Shown in pieces: positions 42,098 to 53,924 of a stretch of 64,000 bases of DNA. The translations under genes were made by a program, and so were the position numbers. The notes under the pieces are model-generated. The model was not told the origin of the DNA. It ran no database searches and saw nothing but the letters and a program-made list of their open reading frames with translations. Positions within the stretch are counted from its first letter, which is position 1. Every line of letters begins with the position of its first letter. The DNA is from Octopus bimaculoides (Eukaryota): assembly GCF_001194135.2 (NCBI RefSeq), contig NC_068989.1, positions 56,253,922 through 56,317,921 on the forward strand, read 5' to 3'.

Positions 42098-42167
42098 CTC
42101 TTTAAATAATAAAACAATGATGGGTGTTACGTGGATAGGAATTGTGTTTTCACCATACAAATTGCGA
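42098..42167 (-). CDS. ATP13A3: P5B ATPase exon: RNLYGENTIPIHVTPIIVLLFKE
   Basis: ctctcttccag|T...GAG|gtatct; 70 nt, phase 2/0; YG.N.I motif. Confidence 0.92.
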
Positions 42168-42231
42168 CTGGAAGAGAGAGAAAAAAACAGAATAAGTCAT
42201 ATATGCATAAGTACAAGTAAGTTTGTTTGTG

Positions 42232-42271
<40 letters not shown>

Positions 42272-42329
42272 ATGTTTGTGCGTAAATATGTATTGGGCAC
42301 TTTTTTGAATTCCATATGTCTTAACAATC

Positions 42330-42660
42330 GTAGACATGCTTACAGAATCCAAAAAAACAACACAGCACCCATGACTTTCGAAAACATTTTTTTCACACCT
42401 GGAATTGCTGAAGCATGGAATAAACTACCTGCATCAGTTGTTAACTGTCAGAACACTACATCCTTCAAAACCTTCACGCTTTTTGAAATTTGCTAACAGT
42501 ATACCTGATGCTCCACCCCAACCCCCATCTTTATAATTTTTTTTTTTAAACAATTCATTCACTGTTCACTTCCTGTGCATTATTCTATGTAGTGTTCATG
42601 TAGTTTTGACTACTTTTTTCTGATGAGTTGTTGCATACCTGAGCATTGTATACAATAAGT
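42330..42660 (+). mobile_element. CR1-like LINE 3' end
   Basis: ...FFT..IAEAWNKLPASVVNCQNTTSFK matches the CR1 ORF2 terminal motif (FF..R....WN.LP..VV). Confidence 0.7.
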
Positions 42661-42986
42661 TTATTATATTATTATTTATTATCCTTCACTGATGCTTAAA
42701 TCTTTTGTCAATCTCTATATCTTTCATTGAAGGTTATATTTTTTCCAAAGTATAGATCCTTCACAAGTATGTTTATATATTTTTTCTTATTGTGAAAGAC
42801 GTTTTGCTTAAGTCCTTAAAATAAATAGCGATTTTACGAAGGGAGGTAACATTTCCCACCTCACATAAAATATAAAGGGAGATAATATTTAAAAGAAATT
42901 TATTTTTAAAAATTCTTTAAAAAAAATTAATAAATTTAGTAAAGTGTTTAGCAGAGTGGAAAGTCAACTATTAAAATTATTTTAAT

Positions 42987-43276
42987 ACAGTTCTATATTT
43001 AAGAGATGAGGAATTATGTACATTATTTACAATTGACGGATATTTATCCTCATCTTGTTTGTTGTTGACACAACGTTTCAGCTAATATACCGTCCAGCCT
43101 TCATCAGGTGTTTTGGGGAAATTTTGAACCTGGGTTCTCATTCTTAAGGTATTTTTCGATGTTATTATTATTATTATTATTATTCAGGTCACTGCCTGGA
43201 ATTGAACTTGGAATCTTGGGGTTAGTAGCTCGTGCTCTTAACCACTATACCATATGCCCACAAGCATATGGCATAG
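42987..43276 (-). mobile_element. tRNA-headed SINE-like element with an (AAT)n linker and a hammerhead-containing 3' part
   Basis: A box TGGTATAGTGG and B box AGTTCAATTCC in 43187-43259, then an (AAT)n tract, a hammerhead core at 43067-43112 and an AT-rich tail. Confidence 0.8.
43067..43112 (-). ncRNA. Minimal type I hammerhead ribozyme motif
   Basis: Minus strand reads AACAC-CUGAUGA-A-GGCUGG-ACGGUAUA-UUAGCU-GAAAC-GUU^GUGUC. Stem I ACAC/GUGU, stem II hairpin, palindromic ACGU stem III. Confidence 0.7.
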
Positions 43277-43759
43277 TTTTCTATAGTTAGCTAATTCTGA
43301 GTCCCAAATGTATTTTAACTTTTTAATTATAAAAAAATGGACTGATTGAATGTGCTGCAAAACAAAACAAGAAAACAATAATTAAATAAACTTATAAAAA
43401 GAAAGAAGAAAACACTGAAAAAATACCATTTAAAATTGGCCCAGGGAAAAAAATGTATTTAAACTGTATTAGAGAAATAGATTTCTGCTATTTGCCCCAA
43501 GGACATAAAAGAAAAACAGTATAAACACTTACACACACTTACACAAACATGGTAGGATAATTACATGAAATATAAATACGGAAATATAAATAAAATTCCT
43601 TTCTGGAATGGTAGATCTTGAAGCAGACAAAATTATAAATAATAGCATGAACGTATTGGGTTAAAAAATCCTTTGGATAAAAATGTTGAAGGCTGCATGA
43701 AGTTTCTAAATTCTTATGGCAACAACATAAAAATCTTGCTGGTAAGAATGAAGCTTCTA
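43274..43759 (-). pseudogene. Intragenic duplicate of the exon at 45691-45773 plus about 400 bp of its upstream intron (pseudo-exon 43274-43354)
   Basis: Colinear with 45693-46179. The acceptor and open frame are kept (HIQSVHFFIIKKLKYIWDSELANYRKL); the donor is absent. Confidence 0.9.
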
Positions 43760-44633
43760 AAATTATTTTGTTTTGAATTAACTGAAATCCTCCAATACAT
43801 TAAATTGTACACGATATTAAATGAAGAACGAAGCACAAAAATCAATAATGGCAGTTAATATATATCCAGAGATTCAAACAATATCCAAAGTTTGTTCCAT
43901 CTTTAATGGAGAATGGATCCTCATCATCATTATCATTTAACGTCCATTGTCCATACTGGCATGGGTTGGACGGTTTGACCAGGGCTGGTAAGCTGAGAGG
44001 CCGCACCAGACTTTAGTCTGATTCGGCATGGTTTCTACAACTGGATGCCCTTCCTAACGCCAATCACTCCAAGAGTATATATAAAAAGGTAAACGATTTT
44101 AAGAAAACAAAAAGGAACTCCAAAATTTTCTACCTTAGAATTTAGTTTTTGATTGCGAATACAAGCAGCCAAAATGAGGTTCCTCTGAAGGGTCTCCAGA
44201 GTATGTAGCCTGGAGATCAGGAAGCCTCTCCAGACTAAGCTGCTACTTCTCTGCATTGAGATCACAGCTCTTGTATTACAGACATATAATTAGAATGTTT
44301 CAGGAAAGAATCTCATGACAGGTTTTTCAAGCTGAGCTAACTGGCAGGAGACTTAGGGATAGACCACAAACGAGATGGTTGGATAACATCCATAATCTCA
44401 GTTGGTTATGCTTTGGAATCCAGCCAGAAAGTCTAATGGGGACTGCTTCAGGCAGGACCATATTGAAGAGGTGCCTGGAGACTCTAATCCCATGACTGTC
44501 CCAAGAATAGTAGATGGATGGATGGATTATTAATATGTATTTGGGGAGAAAATGTCAGTTTTGAAAAGTTCAGAATATCAAGACATGAAGTTGGAGTTTT
44601 TCAAAAATAGAATGTTCTTGCAAAATCTCAATT

Positions 44634-44794
44634 GAAAGAATGGTAAAAAAGGAAGAATTTTTGAAAATGCTGAACTGAAAGAATGGTAAAAAAAGGAAGA
44701 ATTTTTGAAAATGCTGAACTGAAAGAATAGTAAAAAGGAAGAATTTTTTAAAAATCTGAACTGAAAGAGTGGTAAAAAAAAAGGAGGAATTTTT
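44634..44794. repeat. About 43-bp minisatellite, ~3.8 copies, abutting the donor of exon 44801-44875
   Basis: Unit tgaaagaatggtaaaaaaggaagaatttttgaaaatgctgaac. Confidence 0.85.
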
Positions 44795-44800
44795 ACTTAC

Positions 44801-44875
44801 CGTTGAATGACCTCATCTGATGTAAGACCTTTGCAATCATGGAAGAATATCAAAGATGTATCTTCTTCCAATCCT
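44801..44875 (-). CDS. ATP13A3: P5B ATPase exon: GLEEDTSLIFFHDCKGLTSDEVIQ(R)
   Basis: tttctcag|A...CG|gtaagt; 75 nt, phase 2/2. Confidence 0.9.
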
Positions 44876-45690
44876 CTGAGAAATAAAATGAGAAGTGAGA
44901 AATATATGTTACATAAAATCCTGTTTTCTTAGACAACACTAAAACTCCCGCCAACATTAACTATGCTTTTAATACAGTATGCCCATAATTGACGTTATCT
45001 CGGGACAAATATTGCAATAAGCTGGCCTATCAATGGTGTATCCATGTAGTGTATATACATTACACTACATGGATGGATATTATAACTAGTGCACTTTTCC
45101 TGAATGGTAAGTTTTACTATGAAAGGACACTACAATTGATGTTTCAATGAACCGTTTCTTCTCGAATAGTGTACTACAAGATGACAAAACGCAAAAATAT
45201 TTTCTTCCTATTTGGTGTTTGGGAAGTGACAAGACTGACTGATGCAAAGAAAAACTGATGCTGAAATAATAGTAAAAAGGGTATTCCAGATAACCCACAA
45301 TAATTAAAGTGGATTTTATGATGGCACTGGAACTAGAAAAGTTAAACCCACTACTACAGCTACACTAAAGGATCCACTTTCCTCTGTGTCCTCCCTGCTT
45401 TATTGTTCATCATTTTACTGGTGCATTTTGTCACGGCACAACAATAGTAACGTTTCTTTCTGCACTGTATAATTTAAACCGTATCCAACTGCCCAATACA
45501 ACATGACTGAGAGGGTAAATTCAATGTAGGATTTGAAATCAAGACCATCATTCTGGCAATGTGATACTATATCTTGACATGTTACTTTGTGAACAAGTTT
45601 TGATTGTAAACTATTACATTGTAAGGGAAAAAAAGAGAAAAAAAGGGGCAGAAATAAAGCATCATCACCAAAAATATCTCAGAATCTTAC

Positions 45691-45773
45691 CTTAGTTTTC
45701 TATAGTTACCTAATTCTGAGTCCCAAATGTATTTTAACTTTTTAATTACAATAAACTGGACTGATTGAATGTG
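45691..45773 (-). CDS. ATP13A3: P5B ATPase exon: HIQSVQFIVIKKLKYIWDSELGNYRKL(R)
   Basis: gttttgcag|CAC...CTAAG|gtaaga; 83 nt, phase 0/2; resembles the KY.W....F..L.GL motif. Confidence 0.88.
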
Positions 45774-47204
45774 CTGCAAAACAAAACAAAGAAAACAATA
45801 ATGAAATAAACTAATTAAAAGAAAGAAGAAAATACTGAAAAAATACCATTTAAAATTGGCCCAAGGAAAAAAGTGTATTTAAACTGTATTAGAGAAATAG
45901 ATTTCTACAATTTGCCCCAAGGACATAAAAGAATAACAGTATAAACACTTACACACACTTACACAAACATGGTAGGATAATTACATTAAATATAGATACG
46001 GAAATATAAATAAAATTCCTTTCCGGAATGGTAGATCTTGAAGCAGGCAAAACTATAAATAATAGCATGAACGTATTGGGTTAAAAAATCCTTTGGATAA
46101 AAATGTTGAAGGCTGCCTGGAGTTTCTAAATTCTTATGGCAACAACATAAAAATCTTGCTGGCAAGAATGAAGTTTCTACAGTGGAGAAATTCAAAGGAT
46201 TGCTTTGGGCCATTGGTACAACAGCCGTCATGTCTAGAGGAGATGTGGGTGCAAATCCCACAAGCAGCCTTTGACTTTTTCTATCAAAAGAGGATTTTTT
46301 AACCAAATATTTACATATTATTTATTTATAGCTTTGTCTGCTTCAAGATCCACCACTCAAAAATAGAATTATTTAATGTTCTCTCAAAGTTTATCAATTT
46401 TTATGACATCAACTATACATAAAAATATAATCCAAAATAAAAAAAATTAGTATATGTGTGACATGTGAGATACCAATTGCAATACCTATACATATAGATA
46501 TATAACCTGGATAATTGTATAATCAATGCTTATATTTCTGCTATTAGTTTCACCATAATTTGGTTCTTCACATAACACTTTGTAATCTGCCTAATTAAAA
46601 TGAACAATGCAAATAGAAGGTGGATTATGAAGCATTGCCTGAAGAACAAAAGTGTGGTGAAACTAACAATAGTAATATTTAAAGAAAAAAAACCTGGCAC
46701 TCCATCGGTTACAACAGGGGTTCCATTTCATCTGATCAATGGAACAGCCTTCTCGTGAAATTAACATGCAAGTGGTTAAACACTCCACGAACATATGTAC
46801 ACTAAACATAGTTCTCAAGGAGATTCAGCATGACACAGAATGTGACAAAGCTGGGCCCTTTGAAATACAGGTACTACTCATTTTTACCAGCTGAGTGGAC
46901 TGGAGCAATGTGAAATAAAGTGTCTTGCTCAAGGATGAAATGCACTGCCAGGAATTGAACACACAGCCTTACAATAGCGAGTCAAATACCCTTACCACTA
47001 AGACACGTGCTTTCACTAGGTAATGTAACAAAGGATTATCCAACAAATAGGAGAGAGAGAGAGCAAGAGAAAGAAGGGGAGAGAAAAGGGAGAGGTGGAC
47101 AGACAGATGGATGGACCAACAGACAGACAGGTAGGCAGGCATGCAGACAGGCAGACAGACAGACATGGAGAGATACATGAAATGCTCAGGTTGTGTACGC
47201 ATAC

Positions 47205-47301
47205 CGATTGTTCCATGGCTGTATCTTGTAAATATGCAGCAGTGGAAAGTTTGCCTTTATAAATGGAAAAAGATGCATCTGCAAGTTTGATAAGTTGGGT
47301 G
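47205..47301 (-). CDS. ATP13A3: P5B ATPase exon (variable linker): TQLIKLADASFSIYKGKLSTAAYLQDTAMEQS
   Basis: strong polypyrimidine tract ttccttcacag|C...TCG|gtatgc; 97 nt, phase 2/0 bridges the flanking exons; the sequence itself is not a conserved motif. Confidence 0.75.
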
Positions 47302-47627
47302 CTGTGAAGGAAAGAGAAAAAGAAATGAGGTAATTTCAATAAACACAACAGATTTAAAGAGTCAAGTTTTAATACAATTTAACAAGTTATTATAGCAGTA
47401 TTTCCATTTGTGTGCCATAAAGGGAGACAGGTGTAGGGGTGATATTTTTCTCAAAGAAATTAGAAATGTGTTGTTGCCCTGTCAGAAGATTTTCCACTAA
47501 AGCCCATATATCAATAGTATAAACTACAGAAATTCAAATGAAATTTCATATTATCACAGAAAAAGCAAGATTTTTGGTTTTCATTTTACAATAAATTATT
47601 TACTATTGAACACTGGTATTTATTGTT

Positions 47628-47721
47628 TACTAGCAGAAATACCCGGCGTTGCCCGGGTTAAAGAGAATAATGAAATCTAAAAACGCCGTCTAGACTACGC
47701 ATCATCTTTATATATAGAGAT
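47628..47721 (+). mobile_element. Short Helitron/HINE-like element
   Basis: 5' tactagcagaaatacccggcgttgcccggg (hairpin cccgg/ccggg) and 3' ttatatatagagat, resembling non-autonomous rolling-circle elements. Confidence 0.55.
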
Positions 47722-48809
47722 GTATATACACACACGCACCCAAACACACGTATATATATGTATATCAATATAAATATATGAAAGTCAATGAAGTTTCGTA
47801 AAAGAAGGTGATCATGTACATACTTTCTTGCTGTTGTGATTATAACACCTCATTGTAAACTATGTTCCTTGTTTTCCCTTGTGGAGCATATACAAATAGG
47901 TTTTTTGTTGCTGCCCACTCTTGAGCAGCCAACATNNNNNNNNNNNNNNNNNNNNNNNNNNNNNNNNNNNNNNNNNNNNNNNNNNNNNNNNNNNNNNNNN
48001 NNNNNNNNNNNNNNNNNNNNNNNNNNNNNNNNNNNNNNNNNNNNNNNNNNNNNNNNNNNNNNNNNNNNNNNNNNNNNNNNNNNNNNNNNNNNNNNNNNNN
48101 NNNNNNNNNNNNNNNNNNNNNNNNNNNNNNNNNNNNNNNNNNNNNNNNNNNNNNNNNNNNNNNNNNNNNNNNNNNNNNNNNNNNNNNNNNNNNNNNNNNN
48201 NNNNNNNNNNNNNNNNNNNNNNNNNNNNNNNNNNNNNNNNNNNNNNNNNNNNNNNNNNNNNNNNNNNNNNNNNNNNNNNNNNNNNNNNNNNNNNNNNNNN
48301 NNNNNNNNNNNNNNNNNNNNNNNNNNNNNNNNNNNNNNNNNNNNNNNNNNNNNNNNNNNNNNNNNNNNNNNNNNNNNNNNNNNNNNNNNNNNNNNNNNNN
48401 NNNNNNNNNNNNNNNNNNNNNNNNNNNNNNNNNNNNNNNNNNNNNNNNNNNNNNNNNNNNNNNNNNNNNNNNNNNNNNNNNNNNNNNNNNNNNNNNNNNN
48501 NNNNNNNNNNNNNNNNNNNNNNNNNNNNNNNNNNNNNNNNNNNNNNNNNNNNNNNNNNNNNNNNNNNNNNNNNNNNNNNNNNNNNNNNNNNNNNNNNNNN
48601 NNNNNNNNNNNNNNNNNNNNNNNNNNNNNNNNNNNNNNNNNNNNNNNNNNNNNNNNNNNNNNNNNNNNNNNNNNNNNNNNNNNNNNNNNNNNNNNNNNNN
48701 NNNNNNNNNNNNNNNNNNNNNNNNNNNNNNNNNNNNNNNNNNNNNNNNNAAAGTATCTGTCACTACAGTATCGAAATGTGATTGTTTCAGTTAGTGGAAT
48801 AGTTTCATT

Positions 48810-49019
48810 TTTAAAGTGAAAGTATTTGACATGAGTGTTTTTGTTTCACTTTTGACACGTAATACTTAAATAGTGGAGGAGATATTATGTTGCCGTGTGC
48901 TCGAACTCTGCAAGAAGTTAATAATTTTTTTTGACTAAAACACAACTGGAACCCTAAGTAAGGCATGTGTAAAATTTGAATGAAATTGGTTGCGTAGTTC
49001 TCGAGTTTTAGGGATTCAC

Positions 49020-49050
<31 letters not shown>

Positions 49051-49077
49051 CACATTCTCATTTTTATATATATAGAT
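48810..49077 (+). mobile_element. 3' part of a Helitron/HINE-like element with internal (ACAG)n
   Basis: aaaatttgaatgaaattggttgcgtagttctcgagttttagggattcaca(caga)n cacattctcatttttatatatatagat; the 5' part probably lies in the gap. Confidence 0.55.
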
Positions 49078-49104
49078 AAACAGGAAAGTAGCAGATAAAC
49101 AAAC

Positions 49105-49163
49105 CTGACTCCATCTGTGGCTATTATGTGAACATCTGCCACAAACCATTGCTTGTATTGGTC
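49105..49163 (-). CDS. ATP13A3: P5B ATPase exon: DQYKQWFVADVHIIATDGV(S)
   Basis: ctttttaag|GAC...GTCAG|gtttgt; 59 nt, phase 0/2, matching both neighbours. Confidence 0.85.
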
Positions 49164-49698
49164 CTTAAAAAGAAATAAAAGATATGTTAATCATACATAC
49201 ATACATACACATACACACACACACATACATGTATAGATATATATACACACAGATAGAGACTTTTGGAAATGACAAATTCACAGGAATGTAGTGATACCAT
49301 TTAGAATAAAGAACTCAAAGCCAGTGGCCAGGGTGTCAATAAGTTTAAATTCATAACTGTGAGTCTGACAAAATATAATTTGTCAGACTCATTTTTATGG
49401 ATTAAACACACGCATACAGAGGCATGCACGGACGGACGGACGTATGTATGTATGTATGCAACAATGTGACCGAGCAGGACATCAGATGTTGTTACACACT
49501 GCTGGCCACAATGTGCTTTTGCATTGATTTAGCCTTCAAATGATGCCACCTTGCTGGCTAGGCAAGCAGCCAACATTCCTCCACTGATCAAATGGGGAAA
49601 CTGGAGCAACACAAAATGAACTGTTTTGCTCAAGAACACAAAATGCTACCCAGTCAGGCAACTGAACCCACAATCTGTCAATCATGAGTGAAACACAT

Positions 49699-49735
<37 letters not shown>

Positions 49736-50449
49736 GATTAATTATAAGAATCATTAGAATCTAGGCACATCAACATGTAGGATGCCAGAAATGGCAATGT
49801 GCAATAACATAAGATTCACAGTGAGGTAAAACAACCATGAAGGCATTGCATTTGTAGGGTACTGTAGATATGTAAGTAACAAATCCAGTTTAAACTGTAG
49901 ATCTGACACAAAATTGATTCTAGGTGCAGCATAGCTAAAAAAACAGAAGAGCACAAATGGGATTTAAAATTTACAACAGCTGTTTCGGTAGAAGTATTTT
50001 GACGTATTCATAGATTACATCATAGCATAAACCAACCATCTTCAAGTAAAATTTTAAACAGGTGTAAACAGGAAAGGTAAAGCCTAGTTGGTGACATATC
50101 CAACAACATATTGGATAAACGGTATTTTAAAAGAGAACATTCAAATTAAAAGATAAGTCAGAAGTATAATGGGCATGCAAGAAGTAAAGCGATCAAACAA
50201 CTCGATTATTTCGAACAGTTATCTTTATTGGTTTATAGCCATAACTTGCTATGGGGAAAGTGGGAAAAAAAACATAGACAAACTGTAGCCAAGGTCATCA
50301 AAATCAGAAAGATATCTTGTTGGTTAAGTGAGATAAAAGACAGCAGGCCTCAGGGCAGCAGCAAGTCATAAAACTGCCATCGCCTTTTCAAACTTATACA
50401 CACACAGACACTCACATTCATACACATTTATACATATATATATATAAAC

Positions 50450-52130
50450 GTATGTGTCTGATGGTGTACTTGCTTTTAATGAGTCTGCAAAGAAAGAAAG
50501 AGGCTTGGAGATGCCATTATGAAAGACTGCTGAACATGGAGAATGAATGGGAGGAGGAGAGTCTGCTAAATGTTGACTTAATTGAGGGACCAGCTACCCG
50601 AATCGAATCGACAGAACCCTGGTAGTTAAAGTAATTAAGGATATGATGAAGACAGGGAAAGCCTCCAAGCCCATCAGGAATCACTGCTGAGATGCTTAAA
50701 ATATTTGGCGGTGTGGGTTATGGCCTAATCACCTGTATTGTAAATCAGGTGGTTCATGAATGAGTCATACACAATGACTGGTATTGCAGCACCATAGTCA
50801 TCTGCTACAAAAGTAAAGGTGATGCCTTAGACAGAAATGATTACAGAGGCATCAAATTGTTGATCAGGTGATGAAAGTTACGGAGAGTGTCATAACTCAG
50901 CTAATTAGAGAGAGAGTTAGTCTAGATGAGATGCAGTTTGGTTTTGTGCCAGGCAGAAGGACCACTGATGCTATATTTCTGGTAAGGAGAAATACCTAGC
51001 TAAAGATAAATCTCTGTACTTAGCTTTTGTTGACTTGGAGAAAGCTTTTGACAGAGTTCCTCATCCCTTATCTGGTGGTCAATGCAGAAACTAGGGATAG
51101 ACGAGTGATTGGTGAGAGCCGTACAAGCCTTGACAGGGATGCTACCAGTAAGGTGAGAGTAAGCAACAAGTACAGTGAAGAATTCAGAGTACAAGTAGGG
51201 ATTCACCAAGGATCAATGTTCAGCCCCTTCTTGTTCATCGTAGTTCTCTAGGCAATAACAGAGGAATTCAAGACAGGCTGCTCCTGGGAGCTCCTCTATG
51301 CTGGTGACCTTGCTCTTATAGCTGAATCATTACTTGAACTAGAGAAGAAATTCTAGGTATGGAAGCAAAGTCTAGAATCAAAGGGCCTTAGAGTTAACCT
51401 AGCAAAAACCAAAGTCATAGTAAGAAGGAAAGCAGACAAACCACAAATCCCTTCAGGTAGAAAAGGTGTAGGTAGAAATTCCATAAGATGCACCCAGTGT
51501 ACACATAAAAGGAGCAGCAACATCAGAGGAAGGTTAACAAAGAAACTAACTTTTGTATGTAGAAGGTGCACAGGTACAATAAATGCTGAAAATGCACAGA
51601 AAATAGACTCCCTGCAACTGCCAGTGGGAGGCAAGCTAGAGGTAGTAGAAAGCTTCTCTTATCTAAGTGACCAAGTTAGTAGTGGAGGTGGATGCTCCAA
51701 GAGTGTAGCTGTGAGAATAAGATTAGGCTGGGCAAAGTTCAGAGAGCTCCTACCCCTGCTGGCAACAAAGGGCCTCTCTCTCAGAGTGAAAGGCAGTGAA
51801 ACATTGGCTGTGACAGCCGGCGACATGTGTAGGCTTGAAAGAAATGAAGCCAGTATACTTCGCGGGATGTGCAATGTCAGTGTGCATGTTTGACAGAGTG
51901 TTAGCATCTTGAGAGAAAAGTTAGGAATAAGATATGGTGTGCAAGAGAGATGACTGTGCTGGTATGGTCATGTGATGTGTATGGATGAGGACAGTTGTGT
52001 AAAGAAGTGCCGATCTCTAACTGTGGAGGGAATCGGTGATAGAGGAAGACATGGGACAAGGTGGTGAAGCATGATCTTCAAACTTTGAGCCTCACAGAGG
52101 CAATGACTGGTGACCGAGACCTTTGACGAA
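50450..52130 (+). mobile_element. Degenerate RTE-clade LINE (RT and C-terminal region)
   Basis: YLAFVDLEKAFDRVP, EEFRVQVGIHQGSMFSPFLFIVVL, ELLYAGDLAL, VVESFSYLSDQVSSGGGCSKSVAVRIRLGWAKFRELLPLL; many stops and frameshifts. Confidence 0.9.
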
Positions 52131-53050
52131 GTGCTGTGCTTGAGAGGGCCTATCAAACCAACCACACCTGTGCTGGTGGCACATAAAGAACATCCTTTGA
52201 ACGTTGGGCCTCACAGAGGCAAAGTGGCTGAGTTCCTTTCGAGTGTTGGACCTCACAGAGGCAAGGTGACGGAGTTCCTTTCTAGTGTTGGGCCTGACGG
52301 AGGCAATGACCAAGTCTTTTGGCATTATGTCGAACTTGAGAAGAACACCCATCAAGCCAAGCAAAATCGCAGTTGTGACAGATACTGGTGTCATGCAAAT
52401 TGGCACCCGTGCTGGTGGCATGTAATTGCACCCCAGGGTTACGCAAATGTACTGGTGACACATAAAAGCACCCATTACACTCTTGGAGTGGTTGGCATTA
52501 GGAAGGGCATTCAGCTGTAGAAAACCATGCCAAATCAGACTGAAGTCTGGTGCAGCCTTCCAGCGTGCCAGCCCAGTCAAACCGTCCAACCCATGCCAGC
52601 ATGGACAATGGACGTTAAATGATGATGATGATGATGATACACAAACACAATATATATATAAACACACATACATATACACATGTTTATGTGATGATGCAAT
52701 ACATATATACACATATACATATATGCATTCTTGTGCATACACACACACACACACAGAGCACTATATTCATATACTTATATAAAATACTGAGATATAAACC
52801 AAACAATATATCATAAAGATAGAAGCATAAGGTCATCGGCCTTCTGGTTATGTAATCTTATTATATTTGTTTGCAGCCTCCAAATTCTTTAAATAGTGAA
52901 ATATTTGATAATCAGGTTTATGACCTTCTAGCTCTCTGTCAATGAGTGCTTATATATCTTTCTTATAATTCTTTGTTTATATTAAATTACTTGCTTTATA
53001 TCTCTATATTCTACATAAGTATAAAAATATAGGGCTATGTATGTGTGCCA

Positions 53051-53129
<79 letters not shown>

Positions 53130-53135
53130 AATACA

Positions 53136-53455
53136 AATGGTATTTTTATAAGCTTAAAGCTTATAGTGATCACCGTGTAAATGATTAAGGAAAATAGTCT
53201 AATAATGGGGCATATAAGCCTTCAGCAGAAAAAAGTAGGCTTTCCTGTATGCATGGGACTCGAACCTACATATCTTTGTTAACATGACTAAGTGTATTAC
53301 CGATTACACCAGCGAACCAGCCTGCTCCTTTCTGTCAAATAGCAGGCTGATTCGCTGGTGTAATCAGTAACACACTTAGTCGCATTAACAAAGGGATGTG
53401 CGTTTGAGTCCCACGCGTACAGGAAAGCCTACTTAAGCTTATAAAAAATACCATT
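53136..53455. mobile_element. Foldback (MITE-like) element with head-to-head tRNA-like cassettes
   Basis: Terminal IR aatggtattttt(t)ataagcttaa / ttaagcttataaaaaataccatt. Inner 94-bp inverted arms at 53233-53326 and 53341-53434, each with A/B-box-like motifs. Confidence 0.85.
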
Positions 53456-53682
53456 ATTATTATTTACTGAATTGTAAAACTTGACACCGCTTAACAAAAC
53501 CATTCATATATATACATACACATACACGTATGTATGCATGCACAAGCATGTGCTTGTATACATATGAGCATGCTTGTATATATGTGTGGGTGTGTATGTA
53601 TGTATATGCATGCATGTAAATATATATGTATATACATGTATGTATAAATACGTGTATATACATGTATGCATGTGTATACATA

Positions 53683-53718
<36 letters not shown>

Positions 53719-53924
53719 CATATATATTCATCATCACTATCCTCATTGTTTAACATCCATTCCTCAAAAACCGTGTGGTTAGCAAGAGAAATGTGATCCA
53801 GCTGTAAAACTAAATGTTCTGGTGACAACCAACAGTGTTCCATACTAACATGGAGGTTAAAAAAAAGAGTTACAATACAGTTTATTAAAAAAAAGAAAAA
53901 AGAAATACATAGAATATAATTTAC

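Noticed and set aside
43187-43259. Possible tRNA gene
   Set aside because: The acceptor stem does not pair and the sequence continues into a SINE body; treated as a SINE head
52110-52520. 136-aa ORF with repeated VGPHRGKV.EFLSS units
   Set aside because: Arises from ~42-bp tandem duplications at the 3' end of the RTE copy; no evidence of an independent gene
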